Assembly: GCA_963809925.1 (NCBI GenBank)
Contig: CAWELH010000002.1
Location: 22,077-86,076, forward strand
From: an uncultured Bacteroidales bacterium
GTDB taxonomy: Bacteria > Bacteroidota > Bacteroidia > Bacteroidales > GCA-2748055
Direction: 5' to 3'
Length of the DNA: 64,000 nt
Positions 59,744-64,000 of this stretch are shown one piece after another. Position 1 is the first letter of the stretch. Each line of letters begins with the position of its first letter. The notes below the pieces were generated by a model. It was not told the origin of the DNA. It did not search any database and saw only the letters and a program-made list of their open reading frames with translations. A program made the translations under genes and the position numbers.

Positions 59744-60949
59744 TTATTGATTCACAAAGTATTTTGTTTCCTGCTTTCCTCCGGCATAAATAATCCGGAG
59801 CAACTTCAGCCCACGACCACCAGGTTTTAAATCGATCGTCTTTTGAATATTACCGACATAGATAATCTGTTCGCAGGATCCGGAGGAAGAATATACGATG
59901 ATCCTATCGATGGGATGTTCCGCACGGACGGTAAGCTTATCTGATGACGGATTGGGATAGATGACCGTATTTTCCTCAACACCTTTTCCCTGCAGCCAGG
60001 AGTCTGTCAGATCAGGCACAAGACCCTGACCGGATAGAAATTCCATCATGAAATAGAGGGAGTAAATAAAGTCGTGGTGACCTTCGCCACTCTTACTCTC
60101 ACTATAGTTACCAAAACCATGCCCACGTCCCTTGAAAATATATAACTGATCGTCACAGCCCAGGTCCTGGTAAGCTAAATCCCATTTTTTCATGCTTCCA
60201 ATCGGGGCGAGATTGTCGGATGAACCATTAAGCAGCAGGGACGGTACGGATCTGCAAACGGTATCAATATTCTGTAACGGTGAAAAGGTAATCCAGTTGT
60301 CGCCAAAGTATTCGTGTCCATCCTGCCAGCCTTCCTCAGACAAGTCAATGACGGCATTCTGCAATATCAGGGCATCAGGACAGGAGGATATTTCCAGGTT
60401 CTCATGCTGAGCTTCGAATCCACTGATGTATGCAGTTGACGCCGCAAGTTGACCTCCGGCACTCATTCCAGTTGCAATGATCATGTGTTCATCCGTATTC
60501 AGTGAAGTTGAATACTGACGAATATACCGGATTGCAGATTTTGCATCCTCCAGCTCGTCATAAGGTGTAACATCCGGTGAATCATCAAACACCCGGTACT
60601 TTACGATGACCGTATTAAATCCCAAACCGGCAAAATACCATGCGTACTGTCTGTATTGATTCAGGGCTCTCGTCTGCCATCCCCCACCGTGAAAAAAGAG
60701 TATAGCCGGAAACGGACCACCTTCCATCCGGCTCCGGTAAATACTTAAGGTTAGATTTATCCAGGTCAAATCTTTATAGGTAATGACCTCATCCCAGTCG
60801 GGTAAGTTATCAAGAGACCCCACTTCAAAATTTTCATAAAACGCTATGGCTGAATCATCTGAAGAAAATATGGAATCAGCATCAGAGCCCTGGGAAAATC
60901 CCCTGACGATGAAAAAGAGAGCCAATAAGATGATCCCGGATTTCTTCAT
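59744..60949 (-). CDS. Secreted alpha/beta-hydrolase esterase with a T9SS C-terminal domain
   Basis: It has 'LFFHGGGW', the nucleophile elbow 'GMSAGGQLA' and 'GRGHGF'. The tail is 'VIYPNPSSDKLTV'. Confidence 0.75.
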   Translation of the reverse strand: MKKSGIILLALFFIVRGFSQGSDADSIFSSDDSAIAFYENFEVGSLDNLPDWDEVITYKDLTWINLTLSIYRSRMEGGPFPAILFFHGGGWQTRALNQYRQYAWYFAGLGFNTVIVKYRVFDDSPDVTPYDELEDAKSAIRYIRQYSTSLNTDEHMIIATGMSAGGQLAASTAYISGFEAQHENLEISSCPDALILQNAVIDLSEEGWQDGHEYFGDNWITFSPLQNIDTVCRSVPSLLLNGSSDNLAPIGSMKKWDLAYQDLGCDDQLYIFKGRGHGFGNYSESKSGEGHHDFIYSLYFMMEFLSGQGLVPDLTDSWLQGKGVEENTVIYPNPSSDKLTVRAEHPIDRIIVYSSSGSCEQIIYVGNIQKTIDLKPGGRGLKLLRIIYAGGKQETKYFVNQ

Positions 60950-61048
60950 TGCAATATAATATTTCTAGCTCTTACCGATCGCGAAAAACTTCCAACTATC
61001 GTTTGTTCTTCCTTGCATTTTGCACTTGACTGTGGTTAGCAATTATAT

Positions 61049-62608
61049 TTAAAACTTTATATTATTGGGTTTTTCATCATAAATAACGGCATACTCAAGT
61101 TTGATATCAGCATAATCTACAGGGTTAAGGATTTTGATGACGACCTTATGTTTTCCTCTGGGAAGTTGGTATTTCCAAAAAGGAGTAAACCGTCTCTGGT
61201 TTGTAGCAGTCGGAAGTCTGGCCTTTTCAACGAGTTTTCCGTCAATATACATTTCCGTGTTAAAAACGTAGTTCCGGTCACCATAATCCTTGATATTCGG
61301 CGGCCCAGCCAGTGCAAAACCAATACCTTCAAACTCAAAGCTGATCTGGTCCTTCGATTGTACCGGTACAATCCTGGTAACCGGGTAATGACCTTCGAAT
61401 GCCACTTCAAGTGGAACCGTTTGTGGTTTTTGAAGTGAAATCACAACCTTATCCTTATCCACTTTTCCGCCATTCCGCAGGATCATCTTTTCGGCATGTC
61501 TGAAGGACATAGCATATGCATCGACAAGAGAAATCTTAGTACCCATAAAGGGAATATCTTCGACCTTACTCAGACCCTGGGTCCAGAAGGCGGGGATATT
61601 TTTGAAACCAACGATGGCTGCAAGCACGCCACCGGCAGTTCCCGGATTGCAGTCGGCATCGTCGCCGCAGCGTGTAGCAATTTCGAAGGTACGGGTAAAG
61701 TCGCCGTCTCCGTATAACAGGCCGGTGACCACATGTGCCGCGTTTATTTTTGCATCAATATTAAATGGTTCGAATACGCCCAGTGGTGATCCGATGTCAG
61801 AAGCCCATTTAAGATTTGTTTTCACCCATGTGGCTTTCCAGTCATCCGGATTTTCGTCATGCCACTTCAGCACATCGCTAATGCATTGCGCAAATTTACT
61901 TTCGGCAGGGATGACTGAGAGTGCCTCCCTGATAATCGGTTCGATGTCGCTGATATCATCTGAAACCAGTGCCAGGGAGTACAGTCCTGCCACGAATACA
62001 CCTCCGTAGTATCCATCGCCGTAATTCATGATATGTCCTACTTTGTTGCACATCTTTACCGCGGAGTTGATCATCCCGGGCGACATGATGCCTGCAAAAT
62101 CGGCCTCGATCTGGAAGTCGATGTCATCCGCACAGGGATTGTTCAGCCAGAATCCCGATTCAGGAGGCTTCAGTCCGTTCTGGATATTATACCTGGCTGT
62201 CTGGTTGGCAAACCAAAGCTTATAATCGGCGTGTGCAAAGGATTCCGCGAAATCCATTGCCGGAGCGTCAATCCCTTTGTCTTCAATAACCTGCATAAAG
62301 CTGAGATCCATATATACATCATCGTAAGTTCCGGGACGTTCACGGTATTCCACTGCCATGGAAGAATCATTCCAGACCAGTTTATGATAATCTCTGATCA
62401 TGGTTGAATTATAGCGGAATTCCGAAGGCACACCAAATGTGACCCCGATGGTTTGTGCTGCCCACGCTCCCTTGATCTTATCTTTCAGAACATCGGCGGA
62501 TATGGTAAGACTGTTATCAGACCGGCTCATGCCCTTCTGTTGCGGAAAAGCATGAACGCCCAGTAAAACCGGAACAATAATAAAAATCAGTGTTTTCATA
62601 AATTTCAA
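61049..62608 (-). CDS. Secreted ADP-ribosylglycohydrolase-fold protein with an extra C-terminal beta-sandwich-like region
   Basis: It has a signal peptide 'LIFIIVPVLLGVHAFPQQ'. 'IKGAWAAQTIGVTFG' and 'RCGDDADCNPGTAGGVLAAIVG' correspond to the first and last metal-binding motifs of the ARH family. About 150 further residues follow. Confidence 0.7.
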   Translation of the reverse strand: MKFMKTLIFIIVPVLLGVHAFPQQKGMSRSDNSLTISADVLKDKIKGAWAAQTIGVTFGVPSEFRYNSTMIRDYHKLVWNDSSMAVEYRERPGTYDDVYMDLSFMQVIEDKGIDAPAMDFAESFAHADYKLWFANQTARYNIQNGLKPPESGFWLNNPCADDIDFQIEADFAGIMSPGMINSAVKMCNKVGHIMNYGDGYYGGVFVAGLYSLALVSDDISDIEPIIREALSVIPAESKFAQCISDVLKWHDENPDDWKATWVKTNLKWASDIGSPLGVFEPFNIDAKINAAHVVTGLLYGDGDFTRTFEIATRCGDDADCNPGTAGGVLAAIVGFKNIPAFWTQGLSKVEDIPFMGTKISLVDAYAMSFRHAEKMILRNGGKVDKDKVVISLQKPQTVPLEVAFEGHYPVTRIVPVQSKDQISFEFEGIGFALAGPPNIKDYGDRNYVFNTEMYIDGKLVEKARLPTATNQRRFTPFWKYQLPRGKHKVVIKILNPVDYADIKLEYAVIYDEKPNNIKF

Positions 62609-62666
62609 ATTTTAAATCACATGCCAGAGCAAAGGTTAAATCGTGTTTCGAACTGCTCCAGACCGA

Positions 62667-64000
62667 TCAATTTTTAATAAACTTCAACCGGTTACCTTCA
62701 CCGGTGACAAGAATATAGAAGCCTGCACGAAGGGAAGACACATTAATACTGTTTCCCTTTCCTGCCAGGAGCAACCGACCCGATGAGCTAAAAACCATAT
62801 ATTCAGTCGATGATACTGCCCCTTTAAGGTATATAACATCCATGGCGGGGTTAGGAAAAAGCGTTACATTGCCCTTAGCTTTGTCGACAGGAATGAAGAT
62901 TCCGGTTGTTTGTGCTTCCGGAAGAAACAACGGCGTTTCCAGGTATCGGGTCTGAGTACCGGTTACGGAAATCCAGTCAGGAGGTCCGATCTGGACATCA
63001 TCCATGTAAATTACCGCATTTACTTCAAAACCCCGGAACATAAGCTGATATTTCCCATCGGGCGTCGCATCCAGTGTTATTGTGCGACTGTATACTGCCC
63101 AGTCCCTTGTCAGTTTAATTTCTCCCAGTTCGGTCACTTCGTAAGTCTCATCATCCTGAATGAAAGGAACCAGGCTGACATCATTGATATTGGATTTGGC
63201 CCTGAAACGGATCGTGAATGTTTTACCCAGAGATATTAGAAATTTCTCATCACATTTAATAACATAGGAAGCATCACCCCCGAGATCCGTGACCAGTGAT
63301 TTCAATCCGCCAGTTCCCTCCACACCAACATCAGGGTAAAGCTTCACTGAAAGGTTCGTGTTGCCTGCAATGGCGCTCCATCCCCCATCTTCCATATCAC
63401 CCTTTGTGATGTAATTTGTGTTGGTAAGGAGCTGATTGTTAAAAATAACGCTGTCAAATACAAATCCTCTGAAGAAATCGTCGGGATCCTCTCCTTTTAT
63501 TTCATTTACAAAACTGGTATTCATCGGCATCGTGACATTCCAGTTTTTCAGAACCAGACCATGAATATGATTATGGGTATAAGGATCCGGAGTGATCTTA
63601 AATACCTTGGGAACAGGATTTTCAGTGACTACATCTTCGATCAGCCAGTTTTCCATCAGATCGGATTTGCCAGCATCCTGGTAATGATTCCCGACATTAC
63701 ACAAAAGAGCTGAATTGAACCCTGGTTTATCCCATTCAGCATGGAGTACATCAATCCTGCTCAATTTTACGCCTTTGGATGTTGAGCCACCCACAGCTCC
63801 ACCCCAGCTCATCTGGATAATACCTCCGTTGTCGAGCTGCCAAATCACGATGTCTGACCAGGTAATGGAATCGCGGTATACTTTCATCGCATCATCATTC
63901 GCCCAAACAAAACACTTGGACACGTTTGAACCGGCGTAAGCCGCAATACCGTCGCAATTCCATACCCAGCCTCCTATTGTCTTGGTATAGCTGACGGTAT
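62667..64000 (-). CDS. Beta-helix glycoside hydrolase (GH49/dextranase-like) with a CBM-like region and a T9SS C-terminal domain (5' end lies outside the window)
   Basis: The reading frame stays open from 63923 to base 64000 ('...WNCDGIAAYAGSNVSKCFVWANDDAMKVY...'). 'NDDAMKVY' and 'DNGGIIQMSWG' resemble GH49 blocks. The tail is 'VTLFPNPAMDVIYL...GFYILV'. The family call is tentative. Confidence 0.5.
   Translation of the reverse strand, partial: TVSYTKTIGGWVWNCDGIAAYAGSNVSKCFVWANDDAMKVYRDSITWSDIVIWQLDNGGIIQMSWGGAVGGSTSKGVKLSRIDVLHAEWDKPGFNSALLCNVGNHYQDAGKSDLMENWLIEDVVTENPVPKVFKITPDPYTHNHIHGLVLKNWNVTMPMNTSFVNEIKGEDPDDFFRGFVFDSVIFNNQLLTNTNYITKGDMEDGGWSAIAGNTNLSVKLYPDVGVEGTGGLKSLVTDLGGDASYVIKCDEKFLISLGKTFTIRFRAKSNINDVSLVPFIQDDETYEVTELGEIKLTRDWAVYSRTITLDATPDGKYQLMFRGFEVNAVIYMDDVQIGPPDWISVTGTQTRYLETPLFLPEAQTTGIFIPVDKAKGNVTLFPNPAMDVIYLKGAVSSTEYMVFSSSGRLLLAGKGNSINVSSLRAGFYILVTGEGNRLKFIKN

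Overview
This 64-kb window looks like ordinary chromosomal DNA from a Bacteroidota / FCB-group bacterium. Five proteins end in T9SS type-A C-terminal sorting domains, one lipoprotein carries a FISUMP domain, and an NtrC-type sigma-54 regulator is present. I can support about 50 protein genes. They include housekeeping and stress genes (DEAD-box helicase, SatP acetate channel, cysteine-synthase family protein, Ogt, fatty-acid desaturase). There is a MacB-type ABC exporter next to a sigma-54 two-component pair. A six-gene sugar-oxidation and uptake operon spans 34.4-40.4 kb. A CAZyme/sulfatase block at 52.7-64 kb is secreted via T9SS (GH78, sulfatase, beta-helix proteins, esterases, a secreted ADP-ribosylglycohydrolase-like protein). 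There is one tRNA-Lys(CUU) with its own intrinsic terminator. Three genes are visibly decayed: a frameshifted esterase, a doubly disrupted RibD_C/DHFR-like gene and an AraC remnant. I found no CRISPR array, transposase, integrase, reverse transcriptase or recognisable defence genes. The most unusual object is a 1.18-kb intergenic array of thirteen near-identical 91-bp tandem units (42231-43410). Its majority variant has no stop codon in any of the three forward frames but five per unit on the reverse strand, and all-frame stops bracket it on both sides. Its function is unknown. Secondary points are a divergent QueA-like gene directly abutting an SDR gene, an 84-nt near-perfect hairpin between convergent genes, three GGGGTGAA boxes phased at 20 bp, and a 29-bp perfect palindrome upstream of the desaturase gene. 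All functional calls rest on motif recognition by eye in the supplied translations. No database search was run.
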